DNA from: an uncultured Muribaculaceae bacterium
GTDB lineage: Bacteria > Pseudomonadota > Alphaproteobacteria > Rs-D84
Direction of reading: 5' to 3'
Length of the DNA: 32,000 nucleotides
NCBI GenBank assembly: GCA_965231035.1
Contig: OZ246409.1
Location: 91,101 to 123,100, forward strand
In this document: piece by piece, positions 7,992 through 16,035 of the stretch
Position numbering within the stretch: position 1 is the first letter of the stretch
How the letters are laid out: each line of letters opens with the position of its first letter
Program-made: the position numbers and the translations under genes
The notes under the pieces: model-generated
Told to the model about the DNA's origin: nothing
Seen by the model: only the letters and a program-made list of their open reading frames with translations
Databases searched by the model: none

Positions 7992-8270
7992 ATGAAACGT
8001 TCTGACATTATAAGATCGGTCCAGGTTCAATTTAAGCATATGCGTACAAATGATGCTTCTGCCATGTTGGATGCAGTGGCTGACCACTTGAAAGAATCTA
8101 TTTCCAAAGGGGATAGAATAGAGGTTCGTGGCTTTGGAACTTTCCAGCAACGTGTTCGCGCTGCCAAGACGGGGTACAATCCTTGCACTGGTCAGCCAAT
8201 GCATTTGGATGCTGGAAAAACAATATTGTTTAAACCCAGCCGTGAATTAACAAAGAAAATGAATGGATAA
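7992..8270 (+). CDS. ihfB: HU/IHF family DNA-binding protein, IHF beta-like (92 aa)
   Basis: GDRIEVRGFGTF...TGYNPCTGQPM...FKPSRELTKK matches the IHF-beta pattern (GERIEIRGFGSF...RNPKTG...FKPGKEL). AGAGGTG SD. Confidence 0.75.
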   Translation: MKRSDIIRSVQVQFKHMRTNDASAMLDAVADHLKESISKGDRIEVRGFGTFQQRVRAAKTGYNPCTGQPMHLDAGKTILFKPSRELTKKMNG

Positions 8271-8273
8271 TTA

Positions 8274-10019
8274 ATGTTATTTGGGAAAAAATCTGGTATA
8301 AAAAAGCACAATAATCGTGAACGTTATGATCGTGTCCGCAAGTTGATGTGGATTAAATGCGAATCTTGCGGAAAACTGGTTTATTATAAAGATTACAAAG
8401 ACAATAACTATATCTGCCCACGCTGCAACCATTCCTTTATTATGACACCAAAGCAAAGATTTGACCTGGTGTTTGATAATAATAATTGGGAAAAAATTAA
8501 TCTTCCTATTGTGTCTGATGACCCTTTGAACTTTACAGATCGTATCCCGTACAAGGACAGATTGGTTGAAGCGCGTGCAGAAACTGGTTACCAAGATGCA
8601 ATAACCACCGCAGACGGGGTTATTGGCGGAATTCCAACAACTGTTTGTGTTTTGAATGGTGATTTTATGATGGGTTCTATGGGACGCGCCGCAGGTGATG
8701 GTATTATTGCCAGCATTGAACATGCAATCGAATTAAAACAATCTTTTATCATGGTTACTTGCAGTGGTGGTGCCAGAATGCAAGAAAACATACTTTCGTT
8801 GATGCAAATGGCAAGAACAACCGTTGCTGTGAATAAGTTACATGCGAACAAGCTGCCTTATATTGTATTGCTGACTGATCCAACTTTTGGTGGTGTTACT
8901 GCGTCTTTTGCAATGCTGGGCGATATTCATATTGCCGAAGCTGGCGCCAGAATTGGTTTTGCTGGTCGTCGTGTAATTGAACAAAATATTCGCGAAAAGT
9001 TGCCTTCGAACTTCCAAACTGCCGATTATTTGTATGAACATGGTATGGTTGACATGGTTGTCAACAGAACGGAATTAAAATCAAAATTGGAAAAGATTTT
9101 GGCTGTGCTGACCAAGCGGGAAAAAGAACCTAAAAACATAAATGTTAAAACGCCTATTGCGGATCATTCTAAGAAAGTCCGTGGATTGGGCGAATCTGAG
9201 GCCTATGATAAAGTATTATTGGCACGTAATGAAAATCGCCCACACTTCTTGGATTATATTGAAGGTATCGTAGAAGATTGGACATATTTGGCAGGTGACA
9301 GATTATATGCCGAAGATCCTGCGATGTGCAGTGGTATTGGTTTTTGGCGTGGTATTCCAGCTGTAATATTCGGTCAGGAAAAAGGAAGAACTATTGAAAG
9401 CCGTCAAAAACACAGATTTGGTATGCCAAATCCAGACGGCTATCGCAAGGCTCAACGAATGATGAGATTGGCGGAAAAGTTTGAATTACCTGCGATTTCG
9501 TTATTCGACACTGCTGGTGCTTTTGCTGGTCGCGAAGGCGAAGAACGCGGACAATCCGAAGCAGTTGCAAGCTCTATTGCCACAGGCTTATCTATCAAAA
9601 CCCCTTATATAGCCGTAAACGTGGGTGAGGGTGGTTCTGGCGGCGCAATCGCAATCGGAACTGGAAATCGTGTTTTGATGCTGGAAAATGCAATTTATTC
9701 AGTTATTGCACCTGAATCTTGTGCATCTATTTTATGGAGAGATAATAAGTTCAAAGCAGTTGCTGCAACAGCTATGAAATTGACCGCTCGTGATATGTCT
9801 GAAATGAATGTGGTTGATGAAATTATCACAGAACCCGCAGGTGGTGCACATAATGACTGGCAAACAACTATGGAAATGTTAAGTACCACAGTTGCAAAAC
9901 ATATCCAAGAATTACAAAAAATCCCAACCAATGAATTGCCTGCACAACGTGCTGCTAAGTTCATCGCAATGACCAGGGATGTAGAAATATATAAACCCGA
10001 ACAAAAAGAAGAACTTTGA
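8274..10019 (+). CDS. accDA: acetyl-CoA carboxylase carboxyltransferase, fused beta (AccD) and alpha (AccA) subunits (581 aa)
   Basis: The N-terminal half has the AccD Zn ribbon CESCGKLVYYKDYKDNNYICPRCNH and SGGARMQE...LTDPTFGGVTASFAMLGD. The C-terminal half has AccA motifs: FGMPNPDGYRKAQRMMRLAEKFELPAISLFDTAGAFAGREGEERGQSEAVA and GEGGSGGA. Confidence 0.92.
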   Translation: MLFGKKSGIKKHNNRERYDRVRKLMWIKCESCGKLVYYKDYKDNNYICPRCNHSFIMTPKQRFDLVFDNNNWEKINLPIVSDDPLNFTDRIPYKDRLVEARAETGYQDAITTADGVIGGIPTTVCVLNGDFMMGSMGRAAGDGIIASIEHAIELKQSFIMVTCSGGARMQENILSLMQMARTTVAVNKLHANKLPYIVLLTDPTFGGVTASFAMLGDIHIAEAGARIGFAGRRVIEQNIREKLPSNFQTADYLYEHGMVDMVVNRTELKSKLEKILAVLTKREKEPKNINVKTPIADHSKKVRGLGESEAYDKVLLARNENRPHFLDYIEGIVEDWTYLAGDRLYAEDPAMCSGIGFWRGIPAVIFGQEKGRTIESRQKHRFGMPNPDGYRKAQRMMRLAEKFELPAISLFDTAGAFAGREGEERGQSEAVASSIATGLSIKTPYIAVNVGEGGSGGAIAIGTGNRVLMLENAIYSVIAPESCASILWRDNKFKAVAATAMKLTARDMSEMNVVDEIITEPAGGAHNDWQTTMEMLSTTVAKHIQELQKIPTNELPAQRAAKFIAMTRDVEIYKPEQKEEL

Positions 10020-10025
10020 TATTTG

Positions 10026-10047
10026 ACCCCGCAAAAAGCGGGGTTTA
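10026..10047 (+). terminator. rho-independent terminator candidate after accDA
   Basis: ACCCCGC-aaaaa-GCGGGGT hairpin followed by TTTAAATT (short T tract). Confidence 0.5.
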
Positions 10048-10072
10048 AATTATCTTATACAAATCTTATACC

Positions 10073-10099
10073 TTGACAAATAATACTTTATACTATAAT
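10073..10099 (+). promoter_or_regulatory. promoter candidate with consensus hexamers
   Basis: TTGACA (10073-10078), 15 nt, TATAAT (10094-10099). It is bracketed by the inverted repeat TTGACAAA (10073-10080) / TTTGTCAA (10099-10106). Confidence 0.4.
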
Positions 10100-10199
10100 T
10101 TGTCAAAAAGGATTGATTATGAATAATAAAGTCAGGTTCTGAACCATTAGACATATTAACTTTCATAAAGTCCGGGAAAACAACAAATTAAATTATAAA

Positions 10200-10484
10200 A
10201 TGTCAGACAAATCAATTGTATTACAAAGTATAAACTCGAATTATCCTTTTATATCACCTGGATGTGAATATTTTTTCTTGATAGGTTATCCTTGTCTGTT
10301 TCGCAAGGCATTACATGAAGATACAAACCTGAATATAAAAATTAAACTTGCAAATGCACGACTGGGGTTAAGTGTTAAAGAACCAAATGAAAAAAATTTT
10401 GATTCTTTAAAAACAGAATATTGCCAACTGAAAAAAAATATTTGTGAAAATTGTAAAGTAAAAAAATGTGAAAATCTATTCTAA
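10200..10484 (+). CDS. hypothetical small protein (94 aa) with a Cys-rich C-terminus
   Basis: ORF ending in CQLKKNICENCKVKKCENLF. No SD. A terminator follows immediately. Coding status is uncertain. Confidence 0.35.
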   Translation: MSDKSIVLQSINSNYPFISPGCEYFFLIGYPCLFRKALHEDTNLNIKIKLANARLGLSVKEPNEKNFDSLKTEYCQLKKNICENCKVKKCENLF

Positions 10485-10512
10485 AAAACCCCGAAATTTC
10501 GGGGTTTTATTT
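10483..10512. terminator. bidirectional rho-independent terminator
   Basis: Perfect palindrome CCCCGAAATTTCGGGG, flanked by an A tract 5' and a T tract 3'. It lies between convergent stops at 10484 (+) and 10512 (-). Confidence 0.75.
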
Positions 10513-10931
10513 TAAGATATTGACCTTTGATCAGCCTTACCATCAGTCAGAGGTTCAGGCATTTCAACTCCGCAAGCCTTTATACAAGACTTCTGGGTAT
10601 CTGTCATCTTATTTGGACCACCTTCGCTTGGTTTTTCACCAGAGGGAGGTGTCTTCATTTCACCTTGTGCAGGTGGGGTTCTTTTCTCATCCTTAGCCGG
10701 AGGAGTTCCCTTTTCACTTTCATCCGGAATCGTTATTCCGCATTCTTTTACACAAGATTTTTGTGTATCTGTAAGATCAGCAAAAGGGTTGCCGCCTGGA
10801 CCCATACCAGACCCAGGACCGCCCATTCCACTACCAGGACCACCCATTTCAGAATTGGATGAAGATGTTGTGGCTGCAAAAGAACCTGCTGATAATACGG
10901 AAAGCAGGGTAAATATTGCTACCTTTTTCAT
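10512..10931 (-). CDS. exported Gly/Pro/Met-rich repeat protein with two TDTQKSCxKxCG (CxxxC) modules (139 aa)
   Basis: Signal peptide MKKVAIFTLLSVLSAGSFA. Tandem MGGPGSG x2, TPP x3, and duplicated TDTQKSC[VI]K[EA]CG[IV]. The AAGGA SD overlaps the upstream gene's stop. Confidence 0.6.
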   Translation of the reverse strand: MKKVAIFTLLSVLSAGSFAATTSSSNSEMGGPGSGMGGPGSGMGPGGNPFADLTDTQKSCVKECGITIPDESEKGTPPAKDEKRTPPAQGEMKTPPSGEKPSEGGPNKMTDTQKSCIKACGVEMPEPLTDGKADQRSIS

Positions 10932-10940
10932 ATCATATCC

Positions 10941-11177
10941 TTATTTTACTTTTGGTTGTTCTTGTTTTGGAGCCTGAGGTCCTTTCATACCTGGTTGTTC
11001 GCCACGCATTTGTTCACCTGGGCGTGCTGCTGGTTGACCCTGCATCATTTCATCGCCGCCGCGCATATCATTTGGACCCATTGGACGTGGACCTTTAGGG
11101 CAAGCAAACAAAACCATACCCAATGCAATAATAGAAATTATTATTGCTATAACACTTAATACATCAGACTTTTTCAT
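10941..11177 (-). CDS. small membrane-anchored or lipoprotein-like Met/Gly/Pro/Gln-rich protein (78 aa)
   Basis: AAGGAG SD. The hydrophobic N-terminus ends in LFAC (possible lipobox). The tail is disordered: PMGPNDMRGGDEMMQGQPAARPGEQMRGEQPGMKGPQ. Confidence 0.55.
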   Translation of the reverse strand: MKKSDVLSVIAIIISIIALGMVLFACPKGPRPMGPNDMRGGDEMMQGQPAARPGEQMRGEQPGMKGPQAPKQEQPKVK

Positions 11178-11294
11178 TTTCTTTCTCCTTAGTTTGTTAT
11201 TTGGAAGGCATATAAAAATATTACGTGGATTCCAAGCAAAATTATGCGTCTTTATTTTAAATAAAACAATACAATTAATTAAAGAATTTCCGGC

Positions 11295-11323
11295 TTGATT
11301 TTTAGAAATGATTTATATATAAT
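11295..11323 (+). promoter_or_regulatory. promoter candidate for tRNA-Ser(GCU)
   Basis: TTGATT (11295-11300), 17 nt, TATAAT (11318-11323), about 58 nt upstream of the tRNA 5' end. Confidence 0.45.
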
Positions 11324-11381
11324 ACCCCGGCATAACCAATTGCGAAGTATGGCGGAAATCTGCCAAATTCGCTTAAAACAC

Positions 11382-11470
11382 GGAGCGTTGGCAGAGTGGT
11401 AATGCAGCGGTTTGCTAAACCGTGACGGACTAATACCCGTCCATAGGTTCGAGTCCTATACGCTCCGCCA
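11382..11470 (+). tRNA. tRNA-Ser (anticodon GCU)
   Basis: Acceptor GGAGCGT/ACGCTCC, anticodon stem GCGGT/ACCGT with loop TTGCTAA, long variable arm GACGG...CCGTC, T arm ATAGG-TTCGAGT-CCTAT, encoded CCA. Confidence 0.92.
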
Positions 11471-11605
11471 TTTTTTGGAAAAAGATGATTATTAGATTTA
11501 TTAATTTTTACTGTTGTTGTTAATTTTCTTTATGTGGTTATTCAAAAACCACTTGCTTATAATCCATTAATTTTATAAATTTTACATAACGAAAAAAGGT
11601 CAGCT

Positions 11606-13054
11606 ATGACAATTAAATTATATAATACGATGTCCAGAAAATTGGAAGAATTCAAACCATTAATTCCCGACCACGTCAGTTTTTATTCTTGCGGTCCAAC
11701 AGTTTATTGGGACCAGCATTTGGGTAATATGCGTACTTTTATTCACAACGATTTGATTAAAAGAATGTTTATTGAAAACGGCTACAAGGTAACCCATGTT
11801 ATGAATTATACCGATGTTGGACACCTTGTTGGTGACGAAGACGAAGATGGTGGAGAAGGTAAGGCGGATAAGGGTGCAGACAAAATGATTAAGGCCGCAA
11901 AAAACGAAAAGAAATCTGTTTGGGATATTGCAAAAACATATATAAATTCTGTTGAATCAGATATGCGTGAATTAAATATAATATTGCCAACTTATACTCC
12001 GCGGGCAACAGAATATATCCAAGAACAAATCGACTTGATACAAAAACTTGAAAAACTGGGTTATACATATGTTATCCCAGACAAGGGTGTTTATTATGAT
12101 ATAAGCAAATTCGCAGATTATGGTGCTTTGTCCGGTCAGGATATTTCTAAGTTAAAAGCTGGTTTCAGAATTTCTGATGAAGGGAAAAGAAATCCCCAAG
12201 ATTTTGTATTGTGGGCATTTTTGCCAGCAGATGCAAAAAACGAAATGATATGGGACAGCCCTTGGGGTCGTGGATTTCCAGGCTGGCACATTGAATGCAG
12301 TGCCATGAGTATGAAACTTTTGGGTAATCATTTTGATATACACACAGCTGCCCAAGAACATATTAATGTTCATCACACTAATGAAATTGCACAAAGTGAA
12401 CCTGTTGTAGGGAAACCTTGGGTTAACTATTGGGTACATTTCGCTTGGTTGATGTCCAAGGACGGAAAAATGTCTAAATCCGCTGGAGATTCTTTGACCG
12501 TGCCATATATAAAAAGCAAAGGTTATGACCCGATGGATTTTAGATATCTGGCATTGCTGGGGCACTATCGCAGTCCAATAGAATTTTCATGGGCTTCGTT
12601 GGATGCTGCTGCAACAGGATATAAAAACATTGTTCGTAAAGTTGCAGATTTATTAAATCAAAAATCCGAAATCATAAATCAGAAATCATTTGAAGAATGG
12701 CATAATAAAATTCTGGAAGCCGTTTCAGATAATTTAAAAACCGCCGAAGCTTTGGTTCTGGTTCAAGAATTATTGAAAGATTCAGGTGTAAACCCTGCAA
12801 CCAAAATAAAACTTTTTGAATTTATTGACCGTTTGTTGGGCTTGCAACTTATTGATCATGCCAAAAAACTTAATATTGCATTAAGGGGAACACCTATACC
12901 AGATGAAATAGACCAATTAGTCCAAAAACGTGAGAATGCCAAGTTCGCTAAGAATTGGATATTGGCAGACGAACTTAGAAGACAAATTGAATTAGCAGGT
13001 TGGAATGTGGTTGATACAGGTAATAATGTTACAACATTAACAAAAAAAATATAG
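11606..13054 (+). CDS. cysS: cysteine--tRNA ligase (482 aa)
   Basis: LYNTMSRKLEEFKP...CGPTVYWDQHLGNMRTF (HIGH-type motif), PGWHIECS, KMSKS (GKMSKSAGD). AAGG SD. Confidence 0.93.
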   Translation: MTIKLYNTMSRKLEEFKPLIPDHVSFYSCGPTVYWDQHLGNMRTFIHNDLIKRMFIENGYKVTHVMNYTDVGHLVGDEDEDGGEGKADKGADKMIKAAKNEKKSVWDIAKTYINSVESDMRELNIILPTYTPRATEYIQEQIDLIQKLEKLGYTYVIPDKGVYYDISKFADYGALSGQDISKLKAGFRISDEGKRNPQDFVLWAFLPADAKNEMIWDSPWGRGFPGWHIECSAMSMKLLGNHFDIHTAAQEHINVHHTNEIAQSEPVVGKPWVNYWVHFAWLMSKDGKMSKSAGDSLTVPYIKSKGYDPMDFRYLALLGHYRSPIEFSWASLDAAATGYKNIVRKVADLLNQKSEIINQKSFEEWHNKILEAVSDNLKTAEALVLVQELLKDSGVNPATKIKLFEFIDRLLGLQLIDHAKKLNIALRGTPIPDEIDQLVQKRENAKFAKNWILADELRRQIELAGWNVVDTGNNVTTLTKKI

Positions 13055-13180
13055 AGTTATACTGGATTGCTTCGCTTCGCTCACAATTACATATTGGTTC
13101 TTTTTTGTTATTGCAAGGGGTGTGTTAGCACGACGTGGAAATTCGGTCGATTGGTCTAAAAAAATAATAAAAAAAATGGC

Positions 13181-13209
13181 TTGAAATTAGCTGTTTTTTA
13201 GGCTATATT
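13181..13209 (+). promoter_or_regulatory. promoter candidate for the DUF1013-rpoD unit
   Basis: TTGAAA (13181-13186), 17 nt, TATATT (13204-13209). An AAGGA SD precedes ATG 13236. Confidence 0.45.
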
Positions 13210-13235
13210 GCAGCACGCAAGAAAAGGAATTTTTT

Positions 13236-13754
13236 ATGAACTACCCGTATATGCCGAAATCCACCGCTCTTTGGTTAATTGAAAACACGTCACTATCCTT
13301 TGAACAAATCGCAGATTTCTGTGGCTTGCACGAGTTGGAAATCAAAAATATTGCTGATGCAGAAAACTCTAAAATCCAAGGATTGAATCCGATTTTGAAT
13401 GGTCAATTGACTCGTGAAGATATCGAAAGATGCGAAAACGACGCTTCGTCCAGATTAGTTTTACGTGATGCTATTGTCACAGCACAGAAAACCCAAAATA
13501 AAAAAGGTGTAGGTTATACACCAAAATTGCATCGTCAAAACAGATTAGGTGGTGTTCTGTGGATTTTGAAGAATTATCCAGAATTATCGGATGGTCAGGT
13601 TGCGCGTCTGATGCGCAGCACAAATCCAACTGTGGCTTCTATTCGCAATAAAACTCACAAATCTTATTCCGCTATCCAAATACAAAGCCCTATTGTTTTG
13701 GGTTTGGTGTCAGAATCAGCTTTGCAAGATGCAGTCGCAAAGGCAAAAAAATAA
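13236..13754 (+). CDS. DUF1013 family protein (alphaproteobacterial TrcR-like cell-cycle regulator family) (172 aa)
   Basis: The N-terminus MPKSTALWLIENTSLSFEQIADFCGLHELEIKNIAD matches my recollection of the conserved alphaproteobacterial DUF1013 N-terminus. The assignment is from memory of the family pattern. Confidence 0.75.
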   Translation: MNYPYMPKSTALWLIENTSLSFEQIADFCGLHELEIKNIADAENSKIQGLNPILNGQLTREDIERCENDASSRLVLRDAIVTAQKTQNKKGVGYTPKLHRQNRLGGVLWILKNYPELSDGQVARLMRSTNPTVASIRNKTHKSYSAIQIQSPIVLGLVSESALQDAVAKAKK

Positions 13755-13787
13755 TAAAATCCCATTTATTGGAAACCCAAAGGGTAG

Positions 13788-15875
13788 TTGATGGCTAAAC
13801 GTATTGATGAAGCAACCAAGCTTCTTATAGATTCTCTGCCAGAGAACTTGCAAAAACTTGCGGCTTCTGCGTCAGAGTTAGGTTACCTGTCTCATGCAGA
13901 TTTTATCCATGCCATAGAAGCAGACGAGGTTCCAGCAGATGAGCACGCCGAAGTTCTGGCTTTTTTTCAACAAGATTTGGGATTGGAAATAATCGAAGCG
14001 GGCGCTTTGTCGAATGATATTGAACAATACTATGACGAAGACAGCGATGAACCAAAAGATAAAACCAGAAACCTTTTGAATTCTGATGCAGAACAGGTTG
14101 ATGTCAACGACGAAGATTATGAACACTTTGCAAAACAACTAGAACGCAGTTCTACAGGAAACCTTGTTCTGGGGGTCCAAGATTCAGTCCAATCATATTT
14201 GAAACAAATCGGTACAGTTCAGTTATTAACTGCTGTGGGCGAAGTTGCAATTGCTCAACGTATCGAAGCTGCATCTCGTTTGATGGTTTACGGTTTATGT
14301 GAAAGTCCTATGACAATCCAGGCTATGTTGGATTGGTACCAACAATTGTTAAATGAAGATGTTCGTCTGCGTTATATTGTTAATTTAGAAGTTATGTATT
14401 CTTCAGACTCTGAACAAAAATCATTAGCTGCGCTTTCCGAAGCTATGAAATCCAAGGGTGTGGATCATGTTGATGATTTGGACGATGATGATTTAGAAGA
14501 TTTGGAAGAATCACCTGTCGAAGAGGAAGAAGACGAAGAAGAAGAATCCGAAAGCGAAGAGGGTATTAGTAAAAAAGACGATACTCCACGTGGGACTTCG
14601 GGTATTCCAATTCCTGTAATGGAAGAATCTTTGATGCCAATGGTATTAGATTTGTTTGCAAAGATTAAACGTATCTTTAACAATATGCAAAAATTGCAGG
14701 CTCAACGTTTGGAAAATCTGTTATCTTCTGCAAAACCAGACGATGCTTTGGAAAAGAAATACTGCAAAATGCGTTTGGAATTATTTGAATACGTCAGCAA
14801 AATTAGATTGAACGAAGATCGTATTGCAGACATCTTGGAACATCTGACAAAGCGTGATAAATTGTTGATGGGACTGGAAGGCAAACTGTTGCGTTTGGCA
14901 TTGGCTGCAAAAATTAAGCGAGAAGATTTCTTGGCAGAATATTCCGGAAACGAATTAAATCGCAACTGGGTTAAAAAACTTTTAAAACACAAAAATCAGG
15001 CTTGGGTTAAATTCGCACAAAAGCATGAAAAAGATATCTTGAAAATTCAAGAAGATATAACAGCAATTGCAGCAGAAACAGGTCAACCAACTGCTGAATA
15101 TAAAAAAGTAGTAGAACTGGTTCGCCGTGGTCAATCCGAAGCTGCACGTGCAAAACGCGAAATGATCGAGGCCAACTTGCGATTGGTAATCAAGTTTGCC
15201 AAGAAAAGCAGCAACCGCGGTCTGGGTTTGGACTTCTGTGATTTGGTTCAAGACGGAAATATTGGTTTGATGAAGGCTGTGGATAAGTTTGATTATCGTT
15301 TGGGTAATAAATTCTCAACCTATGCCACAAACTGGATACAGCAAGGTATTTCACGCAGCATTGCAGACCAGGCTCGCACAATCAGAATCCCTGTTCATAT
15401 GATTGATAATATACACAAGATTCAACGCGCCAGTCGTCAGTTTATGCATAAATATGGACGTTCTCCGACCGCCGAAGAATTGTCAAAGATTATCTATTTG
15501 CCTGTTGATAAAATTCACAAGGCTATGAAAGTTAACTTGAAGCCAATTTCCTTAGAGGCACCAGTCGGTACCGAAGATGACAGTTCAAGAATTGAAATTA
15601 TTGCGGACGAAACCGCCAAGAATCCATTTACATCTGCGGCCCAGAAAAATCTGCGTAAGATTGTAACCCAGATTCTGTCTGAATTGGATCCAAAAGAAGA
15701 AACAGTTCTGCGTCAAAGATTCGGGATGAGCACCAACAAAACCAGCACATTGGAAGAGGTTGGTGAATACATCGGCGTTACCCGCGAACGTATTCGTCAG
15801 ATTGAACAAAAAGCTTTGAACAAATTGAAACATCCAACCCGTGCACGTAAATTGCGCAGCTTCTTGGAAGATTAA
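13788..15875 (+). CDS. rpoD: RNA polymerase primary sigma factor (sigma-70) (695 aa)
   Basis: Regions 1.2-4.2 are recognisable: DLVQDGNIGLMKAVDKFDY, TIRIPVHMID, LEEVGEYIGVTRERIRQIEQKALNKLKHP. There is an acidic non-conserved insert. The likely start is ATG 13791, after a TTG at 13788. Confidence 0.95.
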   Translation: MMAKRIDEATKLLIDSLPENLQKLAASASELGYLSHADFIHAIEADEVPADEHAEVLAFFQQDLGLEIIEAGALSNDIEQYYDEDSDEPKDKTRNLLNSDAEQVDVNDEDYEHFAKQLERSSTGNLVLGVQDSVQSYLKQIGTVQLLTAVGEVAIAQRIEAASRLMVYGLCESPMTIQAMLDWYQQLLNEDVRLRYIVNLEVMYSSDSEQKSLAALSEAMKSKGVDHVDDLDDDDLEDLEESPVEEEEDEEEESESEEGISKKDDTPRGTSGIPIPVMEESLMPMVLDLFAKIKRIFNNMQKLQAQRLENLLSSAKPDDALEKKYCKMRLELFEYVSKIRLNEDRIADILEHLTKRDKLLMGLEGKLLRLALAAKIKREDFLAEYSGNELNRNWVKKLLKHKNQAWVKFAQKHEKDILKIQEDITAIAAETGQPTAEYKKVVELVRRGQSEAARAKREMIEANLRLVIKFAKKSSNRGLGLDFCDLVQDGNIGLMKAVDKFDYRLGNKFSTYATNWIQQGISRSIADQARTIRIPVHMIDNIHKIQRASRQFMHKYGRSPTAEELSKIIYLPVDKIHKAMKVNLKPISLEAPVGTEDDSSRIEIIADETAKNPFTSAAQKNLRKIVTQILSELDPKEETVLRQRFGMSTNKTSTLEEVGEYIGVTRERIRQIEQKALNKLKHPTRARKLRSFLED

Positions 15876-15879
15876 AAAA

Positions 15880-15905
15880 TCCCGCCGTTTGGCGGAATTT
15901 TTTTA
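15880..15905 (+). terminator. rho-independent terminator after rpoD
   Basis: CCGCC-gttt-GGCGG hairpin followed by AATTTTTTTATT. Confidence 0.7.
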
Positions 15906-16035
15906 TTGTAATATTTTGTAAAAATGTCTATTATTTTATACAAGAGAGACAAATAAAAAGGACAGAATTATGTTCTGTGATTATTACCGTCTCGTTAATT
16001 CACCAAAAATTTCAGATAAGTACAAGGAGTAGTAA

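Noticed and set aside
11606-11760. The CysRS HIGH motif reads HLGN rather than HIGH.
   Set aside because: From memory, HIGN-type variants are normal in many bacterial CysRS enzymes (e.g. Bacillus-type), so this is not an anomaly.
14465-14580. A GA-rich, repeat-like DNA stretch (gat gat / gaa gaa runs) lies inside rpoD.
   Set aside because: It encodes the acidic non-conserved insert (DDLDDDDLEDLEESPVEEEEDEEEESESEE) common in sigma-70 proteins. It is not a tandem repeat locus or CRISPR array.
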